Shown: positions 42,631 through 52,416 of the stretch, in pieces
Layout: every line of letters starts with the position of its first letter
Position numbering within the stretch: the stretch's first letter is position 1
From: Kiritimatiellia bacterium
GTDB taxonomy: Bacteria > Verrucomicrobiota > Kiritimatiellia > RFP12 > UBA1067
DNA length: 64,000 nt
Assembly: GCA_045599105.1 (NCBI GenBank)
Contig: JAZRVL010000054.1
Span: forward strand, 2,670-66,669
Reading direction: 5' to 3'
Notes under the pieces: generated by a model
The model's database searches: none
What the model saw: the letters and a program-made list of their open reading frames with translations, nothing else
What the model was told of the DNA's origin: nothing
Made by a program: the position numbers and the translations under genes

Positions 42631-43748
42631 AGCGTCGAGTAACAGTCGAAATCAATTTAGCGGCTTTAGTGCGCAATTATCGGCGAATTGCTACGCATGT
42701 AAAGCCCGCAAAAGTACTGTGCGTACTTAAAGCAAACGCGTATGGTTTAGGAGTCGTTGCGTATGCTAAGGCGCTTGCTAAAGCGGGCTGCCAAGCATTT
42801 GGAGTGGCTGAGCCATTTGAAGCTTTGGAGCTCAAAAAAGTCGTAGGTAAAAAGGTCGAGGTGCAAATTCTCTCCAGTGTTTTGCCAGATGAGATTTTAG
42901 CGATGGTAAAAGCGGGAGTTATCCTTCCCATTACTGATTATTCTACGGCAAAACTAATTAGTGCAGCTGCACGTCGATTGAAAGTGACCGCAAAAGTGCA
43001 CTTTAAGATTGATACTGGTATGGGACGATTGGGAATGCCAGTTGATGGCGCTTTCGAAGTCATAAAGAAAGTTGTTAACTTAGAGCATCTTGATTGTGAG
43101 GGAATTTTTACTCATTGTGCGATGGCATACGCACCTAATGATTCGTTTACCGCACAACAGATTAAGGCATTTAAGGGATTGCTCACTAATTTAAAAAAGG
43201 TAGGGCTTACTTTCAAGAAAGTCCACATGGCCGCGTCAGATGCAATCAACAACTTTCCCGAGACTGCACGAGCCCCATTTACTTGGGTACGCACGGGCAT
43301 CAATCTTCATGGGAGCTTTGATCCTAATGGGCGTAAAGTGTTGAAGCTTGAGCCAGTATTGACGTTCAAAACTCGGATTGCCCAGATTCGCGATTTGCCT
43401 GCAGGAGCGACAATAGGATATGGACGGACATGGTGTCTTAAAGAGCCAACTAAGGTAGCTACGATTTCGGCGGGTTATGCGGATGGGCTTCCACTTGCGC
43501 TTAGCAATCGGGGTTTTGTCTTTATTGGTGGCAAAAGGTGTAATATCATTGGGCGTATTTCGATGGACTATACGACAGTTGATATCTCGCAAGTACAGCA
43601 GGCAAAAGTTGGGGATGAAGTTATTTGTTTTGGAACAAGTGCTCGTGATTCAATTACACCTGATGATTGGGCTCAAATCAAGGGTACGCACGCTTATGAT
43701 ATAATATGTTCACTTGGTAGTCGTGTGGAACGAGTGATTAAGCAATAA
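42627..43748 (+). CDS. alr: alanine racemase
   Basis: VLKANAYGLG (PLP lysine motif) and GYADG. ATGA overlap with hslO. Confidence 0.9.
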   Translation: MKRRVTVEINLAALVRNYRRIATHVKPAKVLCVLKANAYGLGVVAYAKALAKAGCQAFGVAEPFEALELKKVVGKKVEVQILSSVLPDEILAMVKAGVILPITDYSTAKLISAAARRLKVTAKVHFKIDTGMGRLGMPVDGAFEVIKKVVNLEHLDCEGIFTHCAMAYAPNDSFTAQQIKAFKGLLTNLKKVGLTFKKVHMAASDAINNFPETARAPFTWVRTGINLHGSFDPNGRKVLKLEPVLTFKTRIAQIRDLPAGATIGYGRTWCLKEPTKVATISAGYADGLPLALSNRGFVFIGGKRCNIIGRISMDYTTVDISQVQQAKVGDEVICFGTSARDSITPDDWAQIKGTHAYDIICSLGSRVERVIKQ

Positions 43749-43758
43749 GGAAAAGAAA

Positions 43759-44313
43759 ATGTCGCAAGAATGGAATATTCGCTGTCGTGGTCATATTTGC
43801 ACCATCTGCCAGCGTCCGCTCGCAGATAAAGCACCAGTTATAAGCGCGCTTAAAGAGGTCGCGGATGGGTATGAAAGGTTTGATTGTCATCCTGAATGTT
43901 GGAAGACGGCGAATCGTGATTGGGAGCCATTTTCGCAGTGGGATGGAGTTTATTTTGCGCCAGTTAAAGAAGTCAAGAGCGAACCGCTAAAGAAAGAGGA
44001 TGCGGGTGAGCTTTTGCGGCAATTGGTGACGATGGATGATCCTACGATGAAGAATGTCATATATGTGCTCGCAGTTATGTTGGAGCGTTCTAAGATCCTT
44101 GTGGAGCGCGACCATAAAGAGCTTGAGGACGGGACGATTCGTCGCGTTTATGAAGACCGCAAGCAAGGGGATACGTTCGTTATCTTAGACCCGCGCATTC
44201 GTCTTGAAAATCTCGCTGAAGTTCAACAACAAGTGGTGGCACTTCTTTCAGGCACCAAGACATTAGGTGAGGTTGCACTTGAGAACGATGCGGAAAAGCC
44301 CGAAACAACTTGA
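43759..44313 (+). CDS. zinc-ribbon protein of unknown function
   Basis: CxxHxCxxC ... CHPEC cysteine/histidine clusters at the N-terminus. Overlaps the SNF2 gene start. Confidence 0.5.
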   Translation: MSQEWNIRCRGHICTICQRPLADKAPVISALKEVADGYERFDCHPECWKTANRDWEPFSQWDGVYFAPVKEVKSEPLKKEDAGELLRQLVTMDDPTMKNVIYVLAVMLERSKILVERDHKELEDGTIRRVYEDRKQGDTFVILDPRIRLENLAEVQQQVVALLSGTKTLGEVALENDAEKPETT

Positions 44314-46576
44314 GGCCTTAAGGTTAGTTGCCGACGGGGGCTTTTATCCAGTCCTTGTCAAAGAAGATGACGGATGGCACGCTCGGTGGCGTGCCATTGG
44401 CGTTGATAATGACTGGGTAGATGAGATAGTTCGCTCTTCGGTAATGAGTAGACTTACGGAGGATGCAGAAAACGATCATCACGAGACTTTGCACGACGCG
44501 TGGATGATGGCGCTTAAAAGTCGTACGGGTTTAGTTGTTTGGGGTAGTGAAGAGTGTGAAGAGTTTGCCAAAGAGTTGGAAGAGTGGGGTGGAAATGCTG
44601 ATGAAGACAAAGCTTCTCGTACGGCGCTTGAATTTAATTTTATTGCTAAAGCTAATGAGCTTTCGATCGAGTGCGCGGTTCCAACTTCACGTCCAGCTTT
44701 GAAGGCGTTGGGACAAGCGGTATTTGTCTATGACCTTTTACGAGGACTTAGGCGCAAAGAAGGCAATGCCAATATGCTTGTTCTTGGTCTTTCGCATACA
44801 GAAGCAGAATTGTTCATCAAAAGGTATGCTCGTGAATTGGTGGCTACGGGCTATACAGTTAAAGGAGTTAATCTATCAGCGAAAGTGACAGCTGAGGTAA
44901 TTGCAGAGGACCAAACCGAAGTACCGAAGAAGTATAAAGTAGAAATCAAGGTTGCGGGCGAACGAGTGAGTGCAGCTGAAATTCGATTTCTCTTAGATCA
45001 AGGTTCGTCGCTCGTTTATTTTCGAGACCACTGGATTGAAGTTGATCGGGGGATTCTTAAAACTGCGCTTAGAGCAATTGAGAAGGGATTGGGGAAAAAC
45101 GTAAATCCTATTACCTTTGCCCTTGGTATTGGCCATATTGATGAGATTGAGGTTGAAAAGCTTAAGGCGAGTGGATATTTACGAGGCTTGGTAAATCGAT
45201 TGCGCTTAAGAGGTGATAAGTTTCCCGAAGGTGAAGTAGGGCCTAAGTTTGTAGGTAAGCTTAGAGATTATCAAAAGCGGGGAGTGGCGTGGCTTAGCTT
45301 CTTAACGGAAAATGGTTTTGGTGCACTGTTGGCGGATGATATGGGACTTGGCAAAACTATTCAAACGATTGGTTTTGTCACGCACGAAATTGAAAAGCAT
45401 CCCCACTTTAAGACGCTCATTATCTCGCCTCTTACTTTACTTGCCAATTGGCGACATGAGTTTGCTCAATTTGCGCCTTCGCTGAGAGTTTATGTTCACC
45501 ATGGGGACAATCGACATTTGGAAAGTGGCTTCAGGCTCGCAGTTAAAGAAAACGAGATTATTCTGACGAGCTATAATTTGCTTGTGCGCGATTATAGATT
45601 GTTTTCAGAGATAAATTGGGATGCAATCGTGGTTGATGAAGCGCAAACTATCAAAAATCGGGACACGCGAAGTGCGCAAGCATTGTGTGCACTAATGCCA
45701 CCGAGACGAATCGCACTTACAGGAACGCCAATTGAAAACTCGCTTGCCGATATTTGGTCGCTCGAAAATTTCCTTAACCCTGGCTTTTTAGGGAGCTTCG
45801 CTGATTTTAGGGAGCGCTTTGTTAAGCCAACGCTTTTAAATCCTAGTGCGACGCAGATGCGTCGATTGCGTCATGCGTTAGAGCCGTTTATCTTAAGGCG
45901 ACTTAAGTCAGATACCAATATTGCCGCTGAACTTGGTCAAAAGTATGAGACACGCGAGTATTGTGTGCTTACTGCGAAAGCGCGTGATGAATATGAAGCA
46001 GCGCTTGCGGAATTTCGTAACCTTGAGCATTCGCGTGGAGAAATTTTTGCTTTAATCACTAAACTTAAACTTATTTGTGATGGGGTGGGCAAGTTAGAAC
46101 GTTTAGTGGAGCTATTGTTGTCAATCTTTGAACGGGGTGAGTCGGCGTTAATCTTTACCCAATACACCAAAGTGGGTGAGTGGTTGGCGGAGGAACTCTT
46201 GAAACGTTTTGGTCGGCGTTTCCCATTCTTGCATGGTGAGCTTAGTCTTAATGAACGCGAAAAGGCAATTCACGAGTTTAATGCGCGTAAAGTAAATGCA
46301 TTTATTCTTTCGCTTAGAGCAGGTGGTTTTGGTCTTAATCTCACCAAAGCAACGCACGTTATTCACTTTGATCGCTGGTGGAATCCTGCCGTTGAAAATC
46401 AAGCGACTGATCGAGCTCATCGAATTGGACAAAAGCGCAATGTATTGGTGCATCTTATGATTACTGAGGGAACGATTGAAGAGCATGTGGATGAAATCTT
46501 GAGGCGTAAATTGGATATTTCTTCATCCGTAATCACCGAAGCGGAGTGGTTGGAGGCGGCTAAACTCGATGAGTAA
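44288..46576 (+). CDS. SNF2/RAD54-family helicase with an N-terminal SNF2-associated domain (YwqA-like)
   Basis: LADDMGLGKT (motif I), VVDEAQTIKN (DExx box), LTGTPIEN, and the C-terminal QATDRAHRIGQ. Confidence 0.88.
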   Translation: MRKSPKQLEALRLVADGGFYPVLVKEDDGWHARWRAIGVDNDWVDEIVRSSVMSRLTEDAENDHHETLHDAWMMALKSRTGLVVWGSEECEEFAKELEEWGGNADEDKASRTALEFNFIAKANELSIECAVPTSRPALKALGQAVFVYDLLRGLRRKEGNANMLVLGLSHTEAELFIKRYARELVATGYTVKGVNLSAKVTAEVIAEDQTEVPKKYKVEIKVAGERVSAAEIRFLLDQGSSLVYFRDHWIEVDRGILKTALRAIEKGLGKNVNPITFALGIGHIDEIEVEKLKASGYLRGLVNRLRLRGDKFPEGEVGPKFVGKLRDYQKRGVAWLSFLTENGFGALLADDMGLGKTIQTIGFVTHEIEKHPHFKTLIISPLTLLANWRHEFAQFAPSLRVYVHHGDNRHLESGFRLAVKENEIILTSYNLLVRDYRLFSEINWDAIVVDEAQTIKNRDTRSAQALCALMPPRRIALTGTPIENSLADIWSLENFLNPGFLGSFADFRERFVKPTLLNPSATQMRRLRHALEPFILRRLKSDTNIAAELGQKYETREYCVLTAKARDEYEAALAEFRNLEHSRGEIFALITKLKLICDGVGKLERLVELLLSIFERGESALIFTQYTKVGEWLAEELLKRFGRRFPFLHGELSLNEREKAIHEFNARKVNAFILSLRAGGFGLNLTKATHVIHFDRWWNPAVENQATDRAHRIGQKRNVLVHLMITEGTIEEHVDEILRRKLDISSSVITEAEWLEAAKLDE

Positions 46577-47150
46577 AAAACGTTATCCAATTCGTTTTCC
46601 TCGTTTTGCTGCGGGTATTCGAACGCAAGAATCGCGCTCAGGTGCGATGCGTGTTTGGTGGCATCGGCGTTGGCTGGAAATCGTTGAAGGTATGGGTAGC
46701 GGAGGGAGAATTGGACGTGGCCGTAATTATGCGATGAGTGGGCAAGTCATTAAACTAAAGCTTTGCGGGCCCAAAGTCGAAGCTGAAGTCGTGGGTTCAA
46801 GGGCTACTCCATATAAAGTGACGCTTGATTTTCGAGTGCCCGAAGGCGAATCGCGAAAAAAAATCCTCACTGAACTTAAACGTGAGCCAATGACGGTGGC
46901 GCGACTTTTAGCGGGCGACTTGCCGATGGAAGTGGAGCTTAGCTTTCGGCAAAATGGCTATAACCTATTTCCAGGCGGGAAATTGGGAAAGGGCAAGTAT
47001 GATATGACATCAAGTTGTAGTTGTCCTGACTATGCAAATCCTTGTAAGCATGTAAGCGCGCTTTTACTCATTTTAGGCGAAGAAATCGCGCGACGTCCTT
47101 TTACCTTGTTGGAGCTTCGTGGATTTACAATTGAGGAGTTACTTAAATGA
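46569..47150 (+). CDS. SWIM zinc-finger protein
   Basis: CSCPDYANPCKH is a CxCx(n)CxH SWIM motif. 8-nt overlap with the SNF2 gene. Confidence 0.8.
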   Translation: MSKKRYPIRFPRFAAGIRTQESRSGAMRVWWHRRWLEIVEGMGSGGRIGRGRNYAMSGQVIKLKLCGPKVEAEVVGSRATPYKVTLDFRVPEGESRKKILTELKREPMTVARLLAGDLPMEVELSFRQNGYNLFPGGKLGKGKYDMTSSCSCPDYANPCKHVSALLLILGEEIARRPFTLLELRGFTIEELLK

Positions 47151-47284
47151 AGATCGACTCTCCCGTATTAAAGCGTTTAGGTCCTATTCCTTTTTGGCGG
47201 GGCAATGTGAAGTGCTTATCCGAGCTTAATCGCATTTACAAGCAAGCCAAGGTTTTCGCTGAGCAACGACTCGCGAAAATATGA
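47147..47284 (+). CDS. 45-aa ORF overlapping the SWIM stop (ATGA); possibly a detached C-terminal piece
   Basis: MKIDSPVLKRLGPIPFWRGNVKCLSELNRIYKQAKVFAEQRLAKI. Not in the ORF track because it is under 60 aa. Confidence 0.3.
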   Translation: MKIDSPVLKRLGPIPFWRGNVKCLSELNRIYKQAKVFAEQRLAKI

Positions 47285-47290
47285 TATAAT
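47282..47290 (+). promoter_or_regulatory. extended -10 TGATATAAT, 8 nt before the ATG at 47299
   Basis: Exact TGnTATAAT with no SD. Confidence 0.5.
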
Positions 47291-47298
47291 TTACCCAA

Positions 47299-47907
47299 AT
47301 GACTAAGGTCAAACTAACCAAGACCGAGCTTAAGGCACAAACGGATGCGCTCAAGCGCTTTCAGCGATTTTTGCCAATGTTGCAACTAAAGAAGCAGCAA
47401 CTCCAAGGCGAGATTGCGCAAATTACCGCCAAAGCCGAGGAGACTTCTCGCAGAGAGCATCAGCTTCGTACCGAACTTGATGAGTGGGTGGGGCTTTTTG
47501 CAACTAACGAGGAGTTGATTGCTGGTTTGGTCAAGGTAAAGGATGTGCGCACGAGTGTTGCGAATATTGCGGGAGTAACGATTCCTACTTTTGAGGCAAT
47601 CGATACCGAGGTTAAAGAAGTCGATCTTTGGGATACGCCTGCGTGGACAGATGATGCAGTGAAGACGACGACGGAAATTTTGTCTTTGCAATGTGAACGT
47701 GCGATTTACGAAGAGCAAAAGCGATTGGTGGAGATTGAATTAGAGCAAGCTTCGCAGCGTGTGAATCTCTTTGAGAAAGTGAAAATCCCTGCTTGCAAAG
47801 ACGCGATTAGAGTTATTAAGATTGCGTTAGGCGATGAACAAACTGCGGCGGTGACTCGAGGCAAGATTGCCAAATCGCGCGTCCCGGTAGAGGAGAATGC
47901 GGCATGA
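47299..47907 (+). CDS. ntpD: V-type ATP synthase subunit D
   Basis: N-terminal TKTELKAQTDALKRFQRFLPMLQLKKQQL and C-terminal RVNLFEKVKIP...IKIALGDEQ patterns are typical of V/A-type D subunits. Confidence 0.85.
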   Translation: MTKVKLTKTELKAQTDALKRFQRFLPMLQLKKQQLQGEIAQITAKAEETSRREHQLRTELDEWVGLFATNEELIAGLVKVKDVRTSVANIAGVTIPTFEAIDTEVKEVDLWDTPAWTDDAVKTTTEILSLQCERAIYEEQKRLVEIELEQASQRVNLFEKVKIPACKDAIRVIKIALGDEQTAAVTRGKIAKSRVPVEENAA

Positions 47908-49541
47908 TTGTCAAAATGCGCCATTTGGATCTTGTTTGCGTTGCTTCGGAAAAAGAGGCAACGTTAGAAAAGCTTCGCGAGTTAGGAGCTATTCATCTTG
48001 ATTTAAGCTCGGGTTTGGGCGACGGTGTGAGCAAGGCGCAAGCGGACTTTAGTGAGGCCGAAAAAGCAGTTAGACTTATCCTTAAAGCGCGAGGCAAGGC
48101 AACAAATATTAATCTTCATGAGCGGACGATTGAAGATATTGTTAAGCTTGATGCGGATGCGACGATTTTAAAGGAAGAGATTGAGCGTTTAGTAAAAGAA
48201 GTTAACTTTTACGAGCCTTTTGGTGACTTTGATCCTACGTTGGCTAAAAAGTTATTAGATGCAGGAATAGAGGAGATTAAAGCGAAACTTCCTGAGAAGC
48301 TTCCGGAAATGCGTTTAAGCCGTATTAAGGAGAAGCTCGCACGTCTTCGTAATCGACTGGCAATTGACAATGCAAAGCTTGCAGGTTCGGATGAAAGTGC
48401 GATTTTAAAGCGTTATCCCAAATTAAAAGACCAAATGGCTTTTGAGCAAGCAAAGGCGCTTTTATCGGATCATGGTGAAATCATTGCGCTTAGTGGATGG
48501 TTGCCTCATACGTTAGAAGATAGGTTTTTGGTGAAAGCACATGGCGAAGGGTGGGGAGTGCTTGTTCGTGATCCAGTTGAGGGAGAAGTCCCACCAACGC
48601 TTATTGAGCCACCTAAACTTTTCCGTCCTGTTAAAGTGCTTTTTGAGGGGTTAGGAATTGCGCCAGCGTATGACGAGGCTGATGTTTCAGTCCCATTCCT
48701 TTGTTACTTCTCGCTCTTTTTTGCGATGTTGGTTGGCGATGGGGCGTATGGTGCAATTTTCTTACTTGGCACTTTGGCGCTTAAAAAACAGTTGCCCAAA
48801 GCATGGTTTATTCTTTTAAGTGTTTTTTCTACCTCAACAATTATTTGGGGCATCCTTTCTAATACGTGGTTTGGTGCAGGTATTTCGGCATGCACCAATT
48901 GGACAACAGTTAAGTGGCTGGCAGATCCAAGTTACCACAATATGATGCTTCTTTGCTTCACGATTGGCGTATCCCACTTGATGCTTGCTCGTGTTTGGAA
49001 TGGCATTTGCAAGCTCAATGATACTTCTTCGCTTGCCGAGTTTGGTTGGGCGGGGGTTCTCCTATTTATGTATTTTGTCACTAACTCAATTGTGGGAATA
49101 TTTAAGGGAGTTCCTACTTGGGCGTTTTGGGTGTTTGGCGTTTCGCTTGTACTTGTGTTTGGTTTTACCATTAAGTTTGGCGAGCTTAAAACGCGAGGTG
49201 CGGAGTTGGGGATGCTTCCCTTAAATATTATGAGCGCGTTAGGCGATATTATTTCTTATGTGCGTCTTTTTGCGGTGGGGCTTGCATCTGTTAAGGTGGC
49301 CGAAAACTTTAATGCGATGGCAACTGGATTGGTTGAGGGTGAAAATGTGTGGTACGTAAAGGCGCTATTTATGCTTGCGATGGCGTTGATTTTAATTGTG
49401 GGGCATGCGCTTAACCTGGCAATGGCAGGGCTTTCGATTTTGGTTCACGCAGTCCGACTTAACACCCTTGAATTTTCAAATCATAAGGGCGTTAGCTGGG
49501 CTGGCTACGCTTTTCGTCCGTTCAAAAAAGTAAAGGAGTAA
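47904..49541 (+). CDS. ntpI: V-type ATP synthase subunit I (a-subunit)
   Basis: Soluble N-terminal coiled-coil half plus a polytopic C-terminal half with GDIISYVRLFAVGLAS (conserved Arg helix). Confidence 0.85.
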   Translation: MIVKMRHLDLVCVASEKEATLEKLRELGAIHLDLSSGLGDGVSKAQADFSEAEKAVRLILKARGKATNINLHERTIEDIVKLDADATILKEEIERLVKEVNFYEPFGDFDPTLAKKLLDAGIEEIKAKLPEKLPEMRLSRIKEKLARLRNRLAIDNAKLAGSDESAILKRYPKLKDQMAFEQAKALLSDHGEIIALSGWLPHTLEDRFLVKAHGEGWGVLVRDPVEGEVPPTLIEPPKLFRPVKVLFEGLGIAPAYDEADVSVPFLCYFSLFFAMLVGDGAYGAIFLLGTLALKKQLPKAWFILLSVFSTSTIIWGILSNTWFGAGISACTNWTTVKWLADPSYHNMMLLCFTIGVSHLMLARVWNGICKLNDTSSLAEFGWAGVLLFMYFVTNSIVGIFKGVPTWAFWVFGVSLVLVFGFTIKFGELKTRGAELGMLPLNIMSALGDIISYVRLFAVGLASVKVAENFNAMATGLVEGENVWYVKALFMLAMALILIVGHALNLAMAGLSILVHAVRLNTLEFSNHKGVSWAGYAFRPFKKVKE

Positions 49542-49545
49542 AACT

Positions 49546-50001
49546 ATGGATGCATATATGATTGTTGCAGGCGCAATTGCTTGCTTGGGTCTCAGCGCTG
49601 CAGGTTCAGCGTTTGGTACGGGATTTGCTGCTTCGGCAGCGGTAGGTGCGTGGAAGAAGTGCTACGCTGCCAATAAGCCAGCGCCATTCTTGCTGCTCTC
49701 GTTTGTAGGTGCACCGATTACTCAGACGCTCTATGGAATGATTCTCATGTTTATCATGCTTGGCAAGGTGGAATCTGCCACTGTTGGTGCTGGATTGCCA
49801 GTTCTCGTTGCTGGAGTTTTTGCGGGATTAGCGATTGGACTTTCGGCGCTTTTTCAAGGACGTGCAGGTGCGGCTGCGTGTGATGCGCAAGCTGAAACCA
49901 ATCAGGGTTTCACCAATTATCTTGCGGCGCTTGGCATAGTTGAGACAGTGGCGATTTTTGCGATGGTGTTCGCACTTATTGCGCTGGGTTCAATCGGCTA
50001 A
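49546..50001 (+). CDS. ntpK: V-type ATP synthase subunit K (c-ring proteolipid, 4 TM)
   Basis: Duplicated hairpin proteolipid with the carboxylate only in helix 4 (GIVETVAIF). Confidence 0.85.
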   Translation: MDAYMIVAGAIACLGLSAAGSAFGTGFAASAAVGAWKKCYAANKPAPFLLLSFVGAPITQTLYGMILMFIMLGKVESATVGAGLPVLVAGVFAGLAIGLSALFQGRAGAAACDAQAETNQGFTNYLAALGIVETVAIFAMVFALIALGSIG

Positions 50002-51422
50002 TGCGACTTAAGCCGAAAGTGGCTTACTTTCTCGCCTTCTCCGCAATTTTTGCGGGGTTGGCGATGTTCATTTTCTGGGGTACGTGGTCAACTCGGGTAT
50101 CTCCCATCATGCCCGATGCACCCATCGTCTACTCTTCACAGTATTTTGAGCGAGTTGTCCATGGATTTTTGCAAGGTGGCCGATTTATCCCTGGTGATTT
50201 AACGCTTTACATTGGCTCGCCTTACTTTTGGCAAGAGCTAAAGTTTGTGATTGCACTATATCTTGCTGCTTTAGGGATGGTATATTTTTGCCGTGGGCTA
50301 AAGCTTTCGCGCCTTGCGTCTTATGGCGCAGGATTGCTTTTGGCGTTTTCGGGATATTGGTGCACGCTTTATTCTGCTGGGCACTATGGTTGGTTTCAGT
50401 GGATGAGTTATGGAGTATTTGCTTTTGGACTTATCGATCGTGCACTTACCAAAGATAAACTTCGCCATTGGCTTATGTTGGGTGCGGTAGTTGCATGGGG
50501 AAGTTTTAATCAACAAGACCTTTGGCTTTTGTTTACACTTTTTACGGCAATATATTTTCTTTATCGGATGTTTGCACTTAAAGTGTTTCCTTGGAGGGGA
50601 ATCTTAATTGCGCTTATAGTATTTTTAGTTATTGAGCTTCCTAACTTTCGGACAGTTTTTTATGGGGGCGTTATTGAAGGTCGCAAAGATCAAATTGCGT
50701 CAAGCCAAATTGATCAGTGGGAGTTTGTGACTAATTGGTCACTTCCACCAGATGAGACCTTGGAGGCGGTAGTACCACGTTTAAATGGGGATACGAGCTG
50801 TCCAATGGTGCTCGCGCTCAATAAGAAAAATGGGATAAGGCCATATACTGGTGCTTTGGGTCGACCGATGAATGCCAAATCGGGTAATTATCGCCAGCAT
50901 TCACTTTATATGGGAGTAATTACGGTTATTTTGGCGATTGTAGGAGTAGTGGGAGCATTCTTCCCTAAAGCAGGACACAAGGGGGAGCGGATATTCTTTT
51001 TGATTATGGCACTTATCTTTTTGGCGTTTTCGTATGGTAGGTATTTAGAGTGCGTTTATCGGCTTATCTTTGCCCTGCCGGCAGGAGATATTATTCGTTG
51101 CCCAGTTAAATGGTACCACTTGGTCGAATTTTCGATAGTCGTGCTTGCTGCTTTGGGAGTGGAAAGTATATTTAAACTAACAAGCGGGTGCTCGACGGCT
51201 AAATGGATGATTGCAGTTTTGCTTATTGCGGGAGCATTTGATTTAGCTCGCATTGATAAACTATATTGTGCACCAATAAAAACAAGTACAGCGCGAAGAT
51301 ATTTTGATCCTTATCCTCCACCTGTGCAGGGCGATGCACCGATTTGGCCGTTCTTTGTTTTAGGTATTCCATCTATTTTAATGACGTTAGGAGTTGTTGG
51401 CTATGCTATCAAGCGTGCTTAA
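50001..51422 (+). CDS. polytopic membrane protein, unknown function (YfhO/GT-C-like shape)
   Basis: 473 aa with at least 10 hydrophobic segments. The start overlaps the ntpK stop (TAATG). Confidence 0.4.
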   Translation: MRLKPKVAYFLAFSAIFAGLAMFIFWGTWSTRVSPIMPDAPIVYSSQYFERVVHGFLQGGRFIPGDLTLYIGSPYFWQELKFVIALYLAALGMVYFCRGLKLSRLASYGAGLLLAFSGYWCTLYSAGHYGWFQWMSYGVFAFGLIDRALTKDKLRHWLMLGAVVAWGSFNQQDLWLLFTLFTAIYFLYRMFALKVFPWRGILIALIVFLVIELPNFRTVFYGGVIEGRKDQIASSQIDQWEFVTNWSLPPDETLEAVVPRLNGDTSCPMVLALNKKNGIRPYTGALGRPMNAKSGNYRQHSLYMGVITVILAIVGVVGAFFPKAGHKGERIFFLIMALIFLAFSYGRYLECVYRLIFALPAGDIIRCPVKWYHLVEFSIVVLAALGVESIFKLTSGCSTAKWMIAVLLIAGAFDLARIDKLYCAPIKTSTARRYFDPYPPPVQGDAPIWPFFVLGIPSILMTLGVVGYAIKRA

Positions 51423-52320
51423 ATTTAATCACATTTACTCTTCGGCGCCATGGGGTGGACGGCAAGTTGCTAATTATTTTAATCGTAACGATGTGCCAGC
51501 GATTTGCTCGGAGAGTTGGGAAATATCGGGCCATCGATTTGGAATGAGTACTGTAAAAGACGGCCCTTATGCAAGAAAGGGTTTAGACGAGCTTGTCAAA
51601 GAGTTTGGGACAAGGCTCGTAGGGACTAAATCTCCGACAGTGGAGAAGTTTCCACTTTTATTTAAGCTTGTAGATGCAAGATGGCCTTTGAGTTTGCAAA
51701 TTCATCCCAGTGAAAAAAGTGCATCACTTACCAATGGCGAACCCAAAACGGAAGCGTGGTATGTCATTAAGGCCTTTCCAGGTGCGGCAATTTATGCTGG
51801 GCTTAAACATCACTTTGAAGAGCGTGAACTGAGGGAGATTGTGGATAAAGGGGCAATTCTTTTGGATCAAATGAATCCAATCGTGGTCGGCGAAGGGGAT
51901 ATGACATACATTCCAGGAGGGATGCCTCATGCGATTGGTGGAGGGTGCTTTGTTTATGAGGTGCAGCAGTCAAGTGATACAACTTATCGCTTTTATGACT
52001 GGGATCGAGAGGACGATAATGGAGGGTATCGTCCACTCCATATTGAAGAGTTCTTCAAGACCTTGGATTACGATATTCCGCCTGCGAGATTAATTCATGC
52101 AGGAGTACTTAAGACACCTTTCTTTACGATCAAAGATGTCGTTTTAGACGCTCCACTTACTCTAACGCCTGATGGATCAAGCTTCTTTGCGCTTTTTGTG
52201 CTTAAAGGCGAAACTGATATCGCAAGCTTTGGAGAGTCGGCATTAATCCCAGCTACCGCTCAAGCGGTGACTATCACGCCTAAGATGCCTGGAACGCGGC
52301 TTTTGGTGACGACGTTATAG
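51403..52320 (+). CDS. manA: class I mannose-6-phosphate isomerase
   Basis: FPLLFKLVDARWPLSLQIHP, GEPKTEAWYV and PGGMPHA motifs (cupin metal site). Confidence 0.85.
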   Translation: MLSSVLKFNHIYSSAPWGGRQVANYFNRNDVPAICSESWEISGHRFGMSTVKDGPYARKGLDELVKEFGTRLVGTKSPTVEKFPLLFKLVDARWPLSLQIHPSEKSASLTNGEPKTEAWYVIKAFPGAAIYAGLKHHFEERELREIVDKGAILLDQMNPIVVGEGDMTYIPGGMPHAIGGGCFVYEVQQSSDTTYRFYDWDREDDNGGYRPLHIEEFFKTLDYDIPPARLIHAGVLKTPFFTIKDVVLDAPLTLTPDGSSFFALFVLKGETDIASFGESALIPATAQAVTITPKMPGTRLLVTTL

Positions 52321-52350
52321 TGCTTGCTATTTACTAAGTGAGTGTTGATG

Positions 52351-52359
52351 TGCTATAAT
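52351..52359 (+). promoter_or_regulatory. extended -10 TGCTATAAT upstream of pckG
   Basis: Exact TGnTATAAT. TTACTA lies 17 nt upstream. A ~50-nt leader carries an AAGGAG SD. Confidence 0.5.
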
Positions 52360-52416
52360 ACACAAAGTATTTTGAAACTAAATCCCAGTAGGGTAAAACT
52401 CAAGGAGTAAATTAAG

